Assembly (NCBI GenBank): GCA_963710875.1
Contig: CAVQBW010000005.1
Location: forward strand, 272,577-336,576
From: an uncultured Acidobacteriaceae bacterium
Lineage (GTDB): Bacteria > Acidobacteriota > Terriglobia > Terriglobales > Acidobacteriaceae
Length of the DNA stretch: 64,000 nt
Direction: 5' to 3'
Both the position numbers and the translations under genes were made by a program. Under the pieces are notes generated by a model. That model saw nothing but the letters and a program-made list of their open reading frames with translations. It did not search any database and was not told where the DNA came from. Shown piece after piece: positions 33,522-43,353 of this stretch (positions are counted from its first letter, which is position 1; each line of letters opens with the position of its first letter).

Positions 33522-35162
33522 ATGGCAGCTTATGTTGTTCCTGTTCTAGAAGCGCAAACTCCGGTGACGGCCGACGAGGTGTTGCTGATCGCCAGCGGAG
33601 ACCTGCGCCTTTCGGCCAATCAGACTTGTTGGCCCGCGCAGTCGCAGATGGAAGCGAAACTGACGGAGGCTTTCAAGGCCGAAGGATTCACCTTGCGCCG
33701 CGCGCATGCCTACGATCCGCAGCTCAAGCACGGCTTCATCTATAACCAGCGCATGGGCATGGATGTCTTCGCGCACATCCCCGCGGATGCGCCCCTTGTG
33801 GTCGCCGAGGCGGTGTGGCAGTACAGCAACCATGTTCTAGCCGGCCTGCTGAGCCATCGCGGACCGATCCTCACCGTGGCAAACTGGTCTGGTGAGTGGC
33901 CGGGATTGGTGGGAATGTTGAACCTGAACGGCTCCCTCTGCAAAGCTGGCGTCAAGTTCAGCACGCTATGGAGCAAGGACTTTAGGGACGAGTTCTTCCG
34001 TGCCGGGCTGCGGCAATGGCTCAAGGAGCACCGCGTCGATCACGACCTGAGTCATGTGCACGATTGTGTTCTGGCGGATCTTCCGGAGGCCGAGCGGGAG
34101 TTGGGGCGTTCACTGGCCAAGGTCCTCCAGGCCCGCAAGGCAATCATGGGAGTCTTCGACGAAGGCTGCATGGGCATGTACAACGCCATCATCGAGGACT
34201 ACCTGCTGAATCCGCTGGGAGTTTACAAAGAGCGGCTCAGCCAGTCCGCGCTGATCGCCGCCATGCGCGAAGTCTCCGATGAGGAAGCACAGCGGATTCG
34301 CGCGTGGCTGGATGCGCGCGGAGTCACCTTCAAGACCGGTCCAATCGAAGAGACAGATCTGACCGACGCACAGATTCTTTTGCAGTGCAAGATGTATATC
34401 GCAGCGATGCGCATCGCCGACAGCTTCGGCTGTGACGCCATCGGCATTCAATATCAGCAGGGGTTGAAGGATATGGCGCCGGCGTCCGATCTGGTGGAGG
34501 GCTTGCTGAATAATGTCGAACGTCCACCTGTCTTCTCGCAGGACGGCAGGGAACTCTATGCGGGGCGGGCGCTGCCGCATTTCAATGAAGTGGACGAGTG
34601 CGTCGGGCTCGATTCGATTATCACCAACCGCGTTTGGAGCGCGATGAAGCTCGATCCGGCGACCACGCTGCACGATGTTCGGTGGGGTGAGCACTACACA
34701 GGCCAGGGCATCGACGACTTTGTGTGGGTCTTTCAGATTTCGGGCGCAGTGCCCGCCTCGCACATTCTCGGAGGATATTCAAAGGCGGTCAGCGAGCGCC
34801 AGCCCGCGATGTACTTCCGGCTGGGCGGAGGCACGCTGAAGGGCGTCTGCAAGCCCGGCCCGGTAGTCTGGAGCCGCGTGTTTGTGGAAGACGGCAAGGT
34901 GCACGTGGATATCGGCCGCGCGACCGCGGTCGAACTGCCGGAAGCGGAGACGGAGCGGCGCTGGCAGGAGACAACCTCGCAGTGGCCCATCATGCACGTG
35001 CTGATCGAGGGCATTACTCGGGATCAATTCATGGCCCGGCATCGCGCCAACCACGTGAATGTGGCCTATGCGCCCACAGCCGAGATTGCCTACCGGGCGC
35101 TGGCAGCGAAGGCCGCAATGTTTACCGAGCTTGGCGTTCGCGTACATCTCTGCGGCATCTGA
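33522..35162 (+). CDS. L-fucose/L-arabinose isomerase family protein
   Basis: CDAIGIQYQ, NEVDEC and TLHDVRWG metal-site motifs; operon context. Confidence 0.8.
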   Translation: MAAYVVPVLEAQTPVTADEVLLIASGDLRLSANQTCWPAQSQMEAKLTEAFKAEGFTLRRAHAYDPQLKHGFIYNQRMGMDVFAHIPADAPLVVAEAVWQYSNHVLAGLLSHRGPILTVANWSGEWPGLVGMLNLNGSLCKAGVKFSTLWSKDFRDEFFRAGLRQWLKEHRVDHDLSHVHDCVLADLPEAERELGRSLAKVLQARKAIMGVFDEGCMGMYNAIIEDYLLNPLGVYKERLSQSALIAAMREVSDEEAQRIRAWLDARGVTFKTGPIEETDLTDAQILLQCKMYIAAMRIADSFGCDAIGIQYQQGLKDMAPASDLVEGLLNNVERPPVFSQDGRELYAGRALPHFNEVDECVGLDSIITNRVWSAMKLDPATTLHDVRWGEHYTGQGIDDFVWVFQISGAVPASHILGGYSKAVSERQPAMYFRLGGGTLKGVCKPGPVVWSRVFVEDGKVHVDIGRATAVELPEAETERRWQETTSQWPIMHVLIEGITRDQFMARHRANHVNVAYAPTAEIAYRALAAKAAMFTELGVRVHLCGI

Positions 35163-35189
35163 GACGGGTTGAAGTCAAAGGAGGTTCCT

Positions 35190-36659
35190 ATGAGCGCAAC
35201 GACCGGGACGACCGCGGCGATCAGGCAATGCAAGATGCTGATCGACGGTGAGTTCACCGGCAGCAAAACCATGCTTCCGGTGACCAATCCCGCAACAGAA
35301 GAGGTGATCTCCGAGGTACCGGCAGCGACGCCTGAACAAGTGAACGACGCGGTGCTGGCGGCCGAGCGGGCACAGACGGAGTGGGCGCGGCTGCCTGCCA
35401 TCCGGCGCGCACAGCATCTGCGCGAGATTGCCGCCGCAATCCGCGCGAAGAAAACACATCTCGCGCAAACCATCGTCGAGAAACAGGGAAAGATTTTGCC
35501 TCTTGCCGAGGTCGAAGTCGATTTTTCCGCCGACTACCTCGACTACATGGCCGAGTTTGCCCGCCGCTATGAGGGCGACATCGTTCAGAGCGACCGTCCG
35601 GGCGAGAACATCCTGATCTTCAAGGCCCCCATCGGGGTCGTGGCCGGCATTCTGCCCTGGAATTTTCCGTTTTTCCTGATCGTGCGCAAGTTGGCTCCCG
35701 CGCTGGTTACCGGCAACACGATCGTGATCAAGCCGAGCGGCGAAACGCCCAACAACGCCTGCGAATTCGCAAAGATCGTAGCGGAGTCGTCGCTGCCCAA
35801 GGGCGTCTTCAATATGGTGACCGGCAAGGGCTCGGTGGTTGGGATGGCGCTCGCCGGGCATCCCAAAGTCGGAATGGTGAGCCTCACTGGAAGCGTGGAC
35901 GCTGGCACGGCAGTGATGCGGGCGGCGGCGCCTAATATCACCAAAGTCTCCCTGGAACTGGGCGGCAAAGCACCGGCTATCGTGATGGCGGATGCCGACC
36001 TCGATCTGGCGGTGAAGGCGATTCGCGACTCGCGCATCATCAATACCGGCCAGGTGTGCAACTGCGCGGAGCGCGTTTACGTACATGAGTCCATCGCCGA
36101 TGAGTTTGTGGTGCGCATGACGGAGGCGATGCGAAAGACGGTCGCAGGCGATCCATTTGTGGCGGGCGTGGAGATGGGACCGCTGGTCAGTCAGGCGCAA
36201 CTGCACAGCGTGCAGGCCGCCGTCGAGCTGGCCGTGAAGGATGGTGCACAAGTCACAGCAGGCGGCCAACGCGACGATCGAGGGCGCGGCTACTACTATC
36301 AGCCCACCGTCCTGACCCACTGCAAGCAGGAGATGGAGATCATGCGCCAGGAGATCTTCGGGCCGGTTCTGCCGATTGCCACATTCATCGATATCGACGA
36401 GGCCATCGCCATGGCCAACGACTGCGAGTACGGGCTCACGTCCTCAATCTTCACCCCCAGCCTTGACGCAGCCATGCGCGCCGCCAACGAGTTGAAGTTC
36501 GGCGAAACCTATGTGAACCGCGAGCATTTCGAGGCCATGCAGGGCTTCCACGCCGGATGGCGCAAGTCCGGCATTGGCGGTGCGGACGGACGCCATGGAT
36601 TGGATGAGTTCCTGCAAACCCACGTCGTCTACATGAATCACAACAGAGATGCAAATTAG
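35190..36659 (+). CDS. aldA: Lactaldehyde dehydrogenase
   Basis: ILPWNFPFFLI, LELGGKAP, NTGQVCNCAER, EIFGPV, ETYVNRENFE-like and QGFHAGWRKSG motifs; GGAGG RBS. Confidence 0.92.
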   Translation: MSATTGTTAAIRQCKMLIDGEFTGSKTMLPVTNPATEEVISEVPAATPEQVNDAVLAAERAQTEWARLPAIRRAQHLREIAAAIRAKKTHLAQTIVEKQGKILPLAEVEVDFSADYLDYMAEFARRYEGDIVQSDRPGENILIFKAPIGVVAGILPWNFPFFLIVRKLAPALVTGNTIVIKPSGETPNNACEFAKIVAESSLPKGVFNMVTGKGSVVGMALAGHPKVGMVSLTGSVDAGTAVMRAAAPNITKVSLELGGKAPAIVMADADLDLAVKAIRDSRIINTGQVCNCAERVYVHESIADEFVVRMTEAMRKTVAGDPFVAGVEMGPLVSQAQLHSVQAAVELAVKDGAQVTAGGQRDDRGRGYYYQPTVLTHCKQEMEIMRQEIFGPVLPIATFIDIDEAIAMANDCEYGLTSSIFTPSLDAAMRAANELKFGETYVNREHFEAMQGFHAGWRKSGIGGADGRHGLDEFLQTHVVYMNHNRDAN

Positions 36660-36689
36660 AACAATTACCGTGCTTCTCTTTGGAGGAAG

Positions 36690-38021
36690 ATGCTGACCCC
36701 CGCACCTGAGACGCAGAAGCACGCGGCGAATGCGACGCGCCTCGTTCCGATTGGAATGGGTCTGCCCTTCGTTCTGGTCACGTCATTGTTTTTTCTCTGG
36801 GGCGTGCCCAACAACCTGAACGATGTGCTGATCCGGCAGTTCATGAAATCGTTTGCCATCTCGCGCTTTCAGGCGGGGCTTGTGCAGTCGGCGTTCTACC
36901 TGGGCTACTTTTTGCTGGCTGCGCCGGCCGCGTTGCTGATGCGCAGGTACGGGTACAAAGCCGGCTTCCTTGCCGGGCTATGCCTCCTGGGGACAGGGAC
37001 TCTGCTCTTCTGGCCGGCGGCCATTGTAGCGCGCTATTCCTTTTTCCTGTTTGCCCTGTTTGTCATCGCCAGCGGGCTCTCTCTTCTTGAGACCGCCGCA
37101 AACCCATTCATCGCGCAACTGGGAGATGGAGCGGGGGGCGCGCGGCGGCTCAATTTCTCGCAGGCATTCAATCCTCTGGGATCGATCCTCGGCGTTCTGG
37201 TGGGGACCATCTTCATCTTTTCAGGGGTGGAGCTGAACGAGCGGCAGATCGCGGCAATGCAGGCCGCGAATACTTACGAAGCATATCTTCGCCGCGAGAC
37301 GCTGCGCGTCGTTAATCCCTATCTGGTTCTTGGTGGGGTCGCATTTCTTCTTGCTTTTCTGATCTGGCGCACGAAGTTTCCCGTTGTCGCCGGCGAGGAG
37401 AGCACGGCAGAGGGCAACCACGGCCGCTTCCGCGATCTGCTGCGCTACCCGCACTTTCTCCTGGCCATTCTGGCGCAGTTTATGTATGTCGGCGCGCAGG
37501 TGGGCACATGGAGCTATTTCATCCAGTACGTGCAGGACTCGACTCATCAGCCGGAAAAGGTGGCGGGGTACTTTCTTACCGGAACGCTGGCGGCATTCGG
37601 AGTTGGACGCTTCTCTTCTTCGGCGCTTATGAAGTACGTGAAGCCCGGCCGTTTGATGGGACTCTACAGCGTGATCAACATCGCGCTGGTTGCAGTGGGC
37701 ATTCTGCATCCGGGATGGGTAGGGTTGTGGGCAATCTTTGCAACCAGTTTCTTCATGTCCGTGATGTACCCGACGATCTTCGCGCTGGGGATCGAGGGAT
37801 TGGGAAGGAATACCAAGATCGGCGGATCGCTCATTGTGATGGCAATCGTCGGCGGCGCGGTGCTCACGCCCGCCATGGGGCTGCTGTCGCAGTATACGCA
37901 CAGCATCGCCGATGCCTACGCGATTCCGCTCGTCTGCTATTTCTTTGTTGCCTTCTATGCTTTTATCGGTTGCAGAATAGGGCAGAAGAACAGCGCAAGC
38001 CTGATTGAGGAAAGCGTTTGA
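36690..38021 (+). CDS. fucP: L-fucose:H+ symporter (MFS)
   Basis: LFFLWG, LETAANP, RLNFSQAFN, YVGAQVG and MYPTIFAL motifs. Confidence 0.9.
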   Translation: MLTPAPETQKHAANATRLVPIGMGLPFVLVTSLFFLWGVPNNLNDVLIRQFMKSFAISRFQAGLVQSAFYLGYFLLAAPAALLMRRYGYKAGFLAGLCLLGTGTLLFWPAAIVARYSFFLFALFVIASGLSLLETAANPFIAQLGDGAGGARRLNFSQAFNPLGSILGVLVGTIFIFSGVELNERQIAAMQAANTYEAYLRRETLRVVNPYLVLGGVAFLLAFLIWRTKFPVVAGEESTAEGNHGRFRDLLRYPHFLLAILAQFMYVGAQVGTWSYFIQYVQDSTHQPEKVAGYFLTGTLAAFGVGRFSSSALMKYVKPGRLMGLYSVINIALVAVGILHPGWVGLWAIFATSFFMSVMYPTIFALGIEGLGRNTKIGGSLIVMAIVGGAVLTPAMGLLSQYTHSIADAYAIPLVCYFFVAFYAFIGCRIGQKNSASLIEESV

Positions 38022-38092
38022 TTGAGTACGATGAGGGTTACGCGGAGTATTCTCAATGCGACGAAAATAGAGAGCAATAACAGGATTCGATT

Positions 38093-38290
38093 ATGCGCAC
38101 ATCCCTTTTTATCACCTGCTATAACGACACACTTTTCCCCGAGACGGGCCGGGCGGTCGTGCGGCTGCTGGAGAGGCTGGACGTTGCACCTGAGTTTCTC
38201 CCCCAACAGACCTGCTGCGCCCAGATGCACGCCAACACCGGCTTCCGCGCTGAAGCCTTCTCCCAAGCAAGGCGGTTCGTCGGCCTCTAG
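38093..38290 (+). pseudogene. lutA: Truncated LutA/YkgE Fe-S (CCG-domain) protein
   Basis: SLFITCYNDTLFP...QTCCAQMHANTG is the N-terminus of LutA; TAG after 65 aa; no lutB or lutC follows. Confidence 0.8.
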
Positions 38291-38382
38291 GTGGAGAGTG
38301 CAGACGCTGATTCCAAGTTCTGTGCATACGAAAAAACGGAGCGCCAGCGCGCCCCGCTCTCTCCGCTCGAACCGCCCAGTCT

Positions 38383-39468
38383 TTAGTAGAGCCGGAAGTT
38401 GATTTCGACGTTGACCATCACCGGAACCGGGATCTTGCCGTCTTTCATCGCCGGCTTGAACTTGTACTTCATCACGGCTTCGAGAGCCTTTTGGTCCAGC
38501 CCCATGCCCAGCGGGCGCACCACGCGCGGATTCTGCGGATTGCCATGCGCATCCACGATGATCGAGACAATGCAGACGCCCTGATACTTGGCCCGCCGCG
38601 CCTCGTCGGAGAACTCCGCATCCGGCGAATACAGTGGGACGGGAGCGGAGACGCCGCCGCCCACGCTATAGAGCCCTCCGCCGTAGTTGCCGTCGGTTCC
38701 CGGTCCATAACCGTTGCCGTTTCCTGGCCCCATGCCGTCGCCATATCCGGTACCCATGCCGCCGCCGCCGCCCTGGCCGTTCGATGCGAGCTTGACGTTG
38801 ACAGAGTCCTTGAAACCAACGTTGGGCAGAGACATATCGTTCGGCAGCTTGATCTCCGGCTGCACATTGATAGCCGCTTCCACCGGCAGTTTAGGCTTGT
38901 CCAGCGCCTGCACCTGGGGAGGAGTGATCGGATCCTTCTCAAACTTGGGCAGCTTGCCTTTGCTGGGATCGATGATGCTGTGGTCGCCGCCACCCCCTCC
39001 GCCGCCTGCCTTTTTAGCAGCCTGGGGTCCCTTGAAGTCCCCCACATCGATGTCGGTCAAATTCAGCGGCAGCTTATTATTGGCGACGATCTGCTTGCCG
39101 ACAAAAAAGAGCGCAACCAGCAAGATTCCCACGTTGACCGTGCTGGCAATGCCCCAGGCCCAGGGGTTGCGTTTGACCGCCATCCGGTCCGGCACCGGAA
39201 TCGGCGTCGAGGTCAACTCCAGCGGAGGATAATGGGGCGGAAAAAAGACGTCGCGGATGCTCTCGTAGAGATCGACCCAGATGGGCCTTTCCTTGATGGG
39301 AATGCCGAAGCTGACATCAAGCTCAACGCCCCCCGCAGTGTCTGAGGCGGCTTGAGACTCCGAGTCGGGCTGGATGAGCAGGTCGTTTGCCATATCTGCG
39401 GATGGTTCCGTGGCCTCTGGACGCTTGGTTTGCCGGGGGATCGGAGGGGGCTCCATCTCCGGACTCAT
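38383..39468 (-). CDS. TonB-family energy transducer (TM, Pro/Gly-rich linker, TonB_C)
   Basis: YSDEARRAK-like FSDEARRAKYQG, LGMGLDQKALEAVMKYKFKPA and VEINFRLY; start reassigned to ATG 39468. Confidence 0.88.
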   Translation of the reverse strand: MSPEMEPPPIPRQTKRPEATEPSADMANDLLIQPDSESQAASDTAGGVELDVSFGIPIKERPIWVDLYESIRDVFFPPHYPPLELTSTPIPVPDRMAVKRNPWAWGIASTVNVGILLVALFFVGKQIVANNKLPLNLTDIDVGDFKGPQAAKKAGGGGGGGDHSIIDPSKGKLPKFEKDPITPPQVQALDKPKLPVEAAINVQPEIKLPNDMSLPNVGFKDSVNVKLASNGQGGGGGMGTGYGDGMGPGNGNGYGPGTDGNYGGGLYSVGGGVSAPVPLYSPDAEFSDEARRAKYQGVCIVSIIVDAHGNPQNPRVVRPLGMGLDQKALEAVMKYKFKPAMKDGKIPVPVMVNVEINFRLY

Positions 39469-39704
39469 GTCTCCATTATGCTTGACTCCGCCTGTTTGTG
39501 TCTTGTCCGGAAGGGACTCGCAATCCAGGCCCTCATATTCCGGCGCAGTCAGGCTTCCCATAAACAATAGACGGGGGTGCTTTGCAGTCGTTACCCTCGG
39601 CGGAGACAAAGAAAGCGGAAAAAAGAGGACTTCGCCCGGCCAATTGTCCTGCTGCCGCCTGCTCTCCCGCGCCTCTTTGCTTTGCCCGCCATTTACACTA
39701 AAGA

Positions 39705-42700
39705 ATGAATCAGATCGGGAGAACCCAGGAAGTGACGATGTCCCCAGTACCGGAGTTGAAGGCAACCCTTACTTTGCCGCAAACCGCCTTCCCAATGAAG
39801 GCGAATCTGCCCCAGAACGAACCGCTCCGGCTGGCCCGCTGGGCCTCGATGGGGCTCTATCACGAGCTGCGCAAGGCCGGCGCCGGCCGTCCCGCGTATC
39901 TTCTGCACGACGGCCCGCCCTACGCCAACGGTCCCATCCACCTGGGCCATGCGCTCAACAAGGGGCTCAAGGACTTTGTCGTCAAGTCGAAGACCATGGC
40001 CGGCTTCGATGCTCCTTACGTGCCCGGCTACGACTGCCACGGGCTGCCCATTGAGATCAAGGTGGACGAGCATCTGGGACGAAAAAAGCTGGAGATGCCT
40101 GTTCCTGCGGTTTTGGAGGCCTGCCGCGCCTACGCGCAGAAGTATGTGGACCTGCAAACCTCGCAGTTCGAGCGCATCGGCTGCTTTGGCCGCTGGGAAA
40201 AGCCCTACAAGACGATGGCCCGCGACTACGAGGCGCGCACCCTTGAAGCCTTTTACGGCTTTCTGGAAAAAGGCTTCGTCTATCGCGGCCTCAAGCCGGT
40301 CTACTGGTGCATCCACGACCGCACAGCCCTTGCCGAGGCCGAGGTCGAGTACGACCAGCACACCAGCCCTTCGATCTACGTCCGCTACCGGCTGACCTCG
40401 GACCCGGCAGCGATTCACCCGGCGCTTGCGGGTAAACAGGTCTCGACGATGATCTGGACCACCACCCCCTGGACGCTGCCGGCGTCGATGGCCGTGGCCT
40501 TCCATCCTGACTTTGATTATGTGGCGCTGGAAGTGAAATCCACGGCTGACGAGCGACAAACTCCGGGTGCCCCATCCTTTCCGCGTTCCTCAGCGGAATG
40601 GGCGGGAAACCATGAACCCGGACCGGTGTACATCGTCGCAGCCGAGTTGGCTACCCAGGTGATTGCGGCCTGCAAACTCGGAGAAGCCGCTGAACTTGCC
40701 CGCTTCAAAGGCAGCCAGTTCGACCGCGTCACCTTCCAGCATCCCTTTCTCGAGCGCTCGATCCTCGGCGTCAACGCCACCTATGTCACCGCCGACACGG
40801 GCACCGGCGCGGTCCATACCGCGCCGGCACACGGCGCGGACGACTTCTCAACCGGCCAGCGTTATGGCCTCGACCCCACCTGCCGCGTCGATGCGACCGG
40901 CCACATTCACTTTGATCCGAGCGCATGGAATCTTGCCTCACCCCCCGCCTTCGACGGCCTGAAGGTATGGGCCGCCAATCCGGTGATCCTGGCCATGCTC
41001 GAAGAGCGTAACGCGCTGCTGGCCGTGAGCGACCTGGAGCACTCCTACCCCCACTGCTGGCGCTGCCACAAGCCGGTCATCTACCGCGCCACCGAGCAGT
41101 GGTTCATCGGCATGGAGACGCCGGTCGAGCGTGCCGACGGCTCGGAGACGACCTTCCGCCAGTTGGCCATCGAGGAGATCGACAAGGTGGTTTGGGACCC
41201 AGCCTGGGGCAAGGAGCGCATCACCAACATGATCGCTACGCGCCCCGACTGGTGCATCAGCCGCCAGCGCATCTGGGGCGTGCCCATCGCTGTCTTCCTG
41301 TGCGAGGGCTGCCAGAAGCCGATCGCCGACCCGGCGCTCAACCGGCAGATCGTCGATCTCTTCGAGCGCGAAGGCGTCGAGGCGTGGCACACGACCGATG
41401 TCGCCAGCCTGCTCCCGGCGGGCGTTGCCTGCGCTCACTGCGGCGGCAAGAGCTTTCGCAAGGAGACCGACATTCTCGATGTCTGGTTCGACTCCGGCAC
41501 AAGCTGGTTTGCCGTCTGCGAGTCCGATGCGGAGTTGAAGCCCGCCTACACTTCTTTTCAAGAGAACGACGGCACGCAGGTTCTATACCTCGAAGGCGGC
41601 GATCAGCACCGTGGCTGGTTTCACTCCTCGCTGCTGACTTCGGTGGCTCTGCGCGGCCGCGCGCCCTACTCGCACGTCGCCACGGCAGGCTGGACGCTGG
41701 ACGAACAAGGCCGCGCGATGTCGAAGTCGCTCGGTAACGGCGTCGATCCGGTGGATATTGCCAACCGCATGGGCGGCGAGATCGTCCGGCTCTGGGTCGC
41801 CTCCGTCGACTTCCGCGAAGACATGGCGGCCAGCGAAAACCTGATGGCCCGCTGCGCCGAGATCTACAAGAAGCTGCGCAACACCTTCCGCTTCCTGCTG
41901 GGCAACCTCAACGGCTTCGATCCCGCGCGCGACCGCGTCGCCGAGGCCGATCTGCTGCCGCTCGACCGCTACATGCTGGCCCGCACACGCAAGCTGACCG
42001 AAGATATTCTCGACTGGTATGCCGCCTTCGAGTTCCATCGCGTCTACCACGCCGTGAACGAGTTCGCAATCGTGGACCTGAGTTCCTTCTATCTCGACGT
42101 GCTCAAGGACCGCATGTACACCTTCGCGCCCACCAGCCACGCCCGCCGCTCGGCGCAGACCGTGTTGTGGCAGATCACCGAGGCGCTGGTGCGGCTGGTC
42201 GCGCCGATCCTGAGCTTCACAGCCGATGAGGTCTGGGAACATCTACCCAAGGTCGAGGGCCGCGAGGCCAGCGTGCATCTGGCTCAATTCCCTGCCCCGG
42301 CTGAGATATTCCCTGAGGACCCGGCACCACTGCTGGAAGAGTGGCAGCAGCTTTTTGAAATTCGTGATCGCGTGCTGCGTTTGCTTGAAAGAGATCGCGA
42401 GGCAAAGGATATTGGCAAGGGCCTTGAGGCTGAGATTGAAATCACCACGTCGGGCGAAAAGTTTGCCCTTTTGCAGCGCCACGCCGAGGGCCTGAAGGAG
42501 ATATTCAATGTCTCAAAGGTCAACGTCGTCGACGGAATGCATCTTGTGGAACCGGACGACGAAGACGGAATTATATTGGGCCCTCAGGGAAGCCAACTGA
42601 GGAGGACCCAGATCAGGTCCGCGCCAGCGTCCGGCCACAAGTGCGCCCGCTGCTGGAACTTCATGCCAGAGGTCTCAAGCTACGGCATCTGGCAAAATGT

Positions 42701-42761
42701 CTGCACCCGCTGCCAGGATGCGCTCAGGGAAATGAAGATCGCTCCACCGGCCGCCACATAG
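39705..42761 (+). CDS. ileS: Isoleucine--tRNA ligase (type 1) with an in-frame repeat-derived insertion
   Basis: HLGH, WTTTPWTLP, DWCISRQR, AMSKSLGN and C-terminal CARC...CTRC Zn finger; alternative start 39738. Confidence 0.97.
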   Translation: MNQIGRTQEVTMSPVPELKATLTLPQTAFPMKANLPQNEPLRLARWASMGLYHELRKAGAGRPAYLLHDGPPYANGPIHLGHALNKGLKDFVVKSKTMAGFDAPYVPGYDCHGLPIEIKVDEHLGRKKLEMPVPAVLEACRAYAQKYVDLQTSQFERIGCFGRWEKPYKTMARDYEARTLEAFYGFLEKGFVYRGLKPVYWCIHDRTALAEAEVEYDQHTSPSIYVRYRLTSDPAAIHPALAGKQVSTMIWTTTPWTLPASMAVAFHPDFDYVALEVKSTADERQTPGAPSFPRSSAEWAGNHEPGPVYIVAAELATQVIAACKLGEAAELARFKGSQFDRVTFQHPFLERSILGVNATYVTADTGTGAVHTAPAHGADDFSTGQRYGLDPTCRVDATGHIHFDPSAWNLASPPAFDGLKVWAANPVILAMLEERNALLAVSDLEHSYPHCWRCHKPVIYRATEQWFIGMETPVERADGSETTFRQLAIEEIDKVVWDPAWGKERITNMIATRPDWCISRQRIWGVPIAVFLCEGCQKPIADPALNRQIVDLFEREGVEAWHTTDVASLLPAGVACAHCGGKSFRKETDILDVWFDSGTSWFAVCESDAELKPAYTSFQENDGTQVLYLEGGDQHRGWFHSSLLTSVALRGRAPYSHVATAGWTLDEQGRAMSKSLGNGVDPVDIANRMGGEIVRLWVASVDFREDMAASENLMARCAEIYKKLRNTFRFLLGNLNGFDPARDRVAEADLLPLDRYMLARTRKLTEDILDWYAAFEFHRVYHAVNEFAIVDLSSFYLDVLKDRMYTFAPTSHARRSAQTVLWQITEALVRLVAPILSFTADEVWEHLPKVEGREASVHLAQFPAPAEIFPEDPAPLLEEWQQLFEIRDRVLRLLERDREAKDIGKGLEAEIEITTSGEKFALLQRHAEGLKEIFNVSKVNVVDGMHLVEPDDEDGIILGPQGSQLRRTQIRSAPASGHKCARCWNFMPEVSSYGIWQNVCTRCQDALREMKIAPPAAT
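40565..40618 (+). repeat. REP-like palindromic element inserted in frame in ileS
   Basis: GGGTGCCCCATCCTTTCCGC-GTTCCTCA-GCGGAATGGGCGGGAAACCATGAACC (54 nt); ends shared with 42765-42810 and stem shared with 45050-45095. Confidence 0.85.
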
Positions 42762-42764
42762 CCT

Positions 42765-42810
42765 GGGTGCCCCCGGTCCCTAGCTTTTGGGGACCGGGGA
42801 TACCACGAAC
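42765..42810 (+). repeat. REP-like palindromic element between ileS and lspA
   Basis: GGGTGCCCC-CGGTCCC-TAGCTTTTG-GGGACCG-GGATACCACGAACC. Confidence 0.85.
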
Positions 42811-42838
42811 CTCAACTCTCCGTTCATAAAGGAACGAA

Positions 42839-43342
42839 ATGAAATTCGCCGCGCCCCGCCGTCTCCACTGGCTGCTGCTCATCTCCGCCGCGATCATCTT
42901 TCTTGACCGGCTGACCAAGACCTGGGTCACGCAGCACATCAAATACGGAGGCGCGATCCCGGTCATCCCTCACGTTCTGCGCATCACGCACTGGACCAAC
43001 GACGGCGCGGCTTTCTCGCTCTTTGCCGACTCGGCCAAGCCTCACCTGGTTCGTTGGGGGCTGGTGGGCTTTACCTCGCTGGCGGCGCTGGTGATTCTCA
43101 TCGTGTTGATCCGCATCGGCAATCGCATCACGCTGACTTCGGTCGCGCTGGCGCTGGTCTTTGCCGGCGCGCTGGGCAACGTTCACGACCGCATTGTCTA
43201 CGGCTCGGTGGTGGACTTCATCGAGGTCCACATCTTCAGCTATCACTTTCCCGACTTCAACATTGCCGACTCCTCGGTCTGCATCGGCGCATGCCTGCTG
43301 CTGATCGACTCGATCCGACCCAGGAAGAACCCAATCCAATAA
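42839..43342 (+). CDS. lspA: Lipoprotein signal peptidase II
   Basis: NDGAAFS, GALGNVHDR, VVDFI and FNIAD motifs; conserved ileS-lspA order. Confidence 0.96.
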   Translation: MKFAAPRRLHWLLLISAAIIFLDRLTKTWVTQHIKYGGAIPVIPHVLRITHWTNDGAAFSLFADSAKPHLVRWGLVGFTSLAALVILIVLIRIGNRITLTSVALALVFAGALGNVHDRIVYGSVVDFIEVHIFSYHFPDFNIADSSVCIGACLLLIDSIRPRKNPIQ

Positions 43343-43353
43343 CCGGACTACTC

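Noticed and set aside
39480-39704. T-box riboswitch upstream of ileS
   Set aside because: No T-box bulge (GGTGGNACC) or Stem I motifs; a -10 box lies right at the first ATG.
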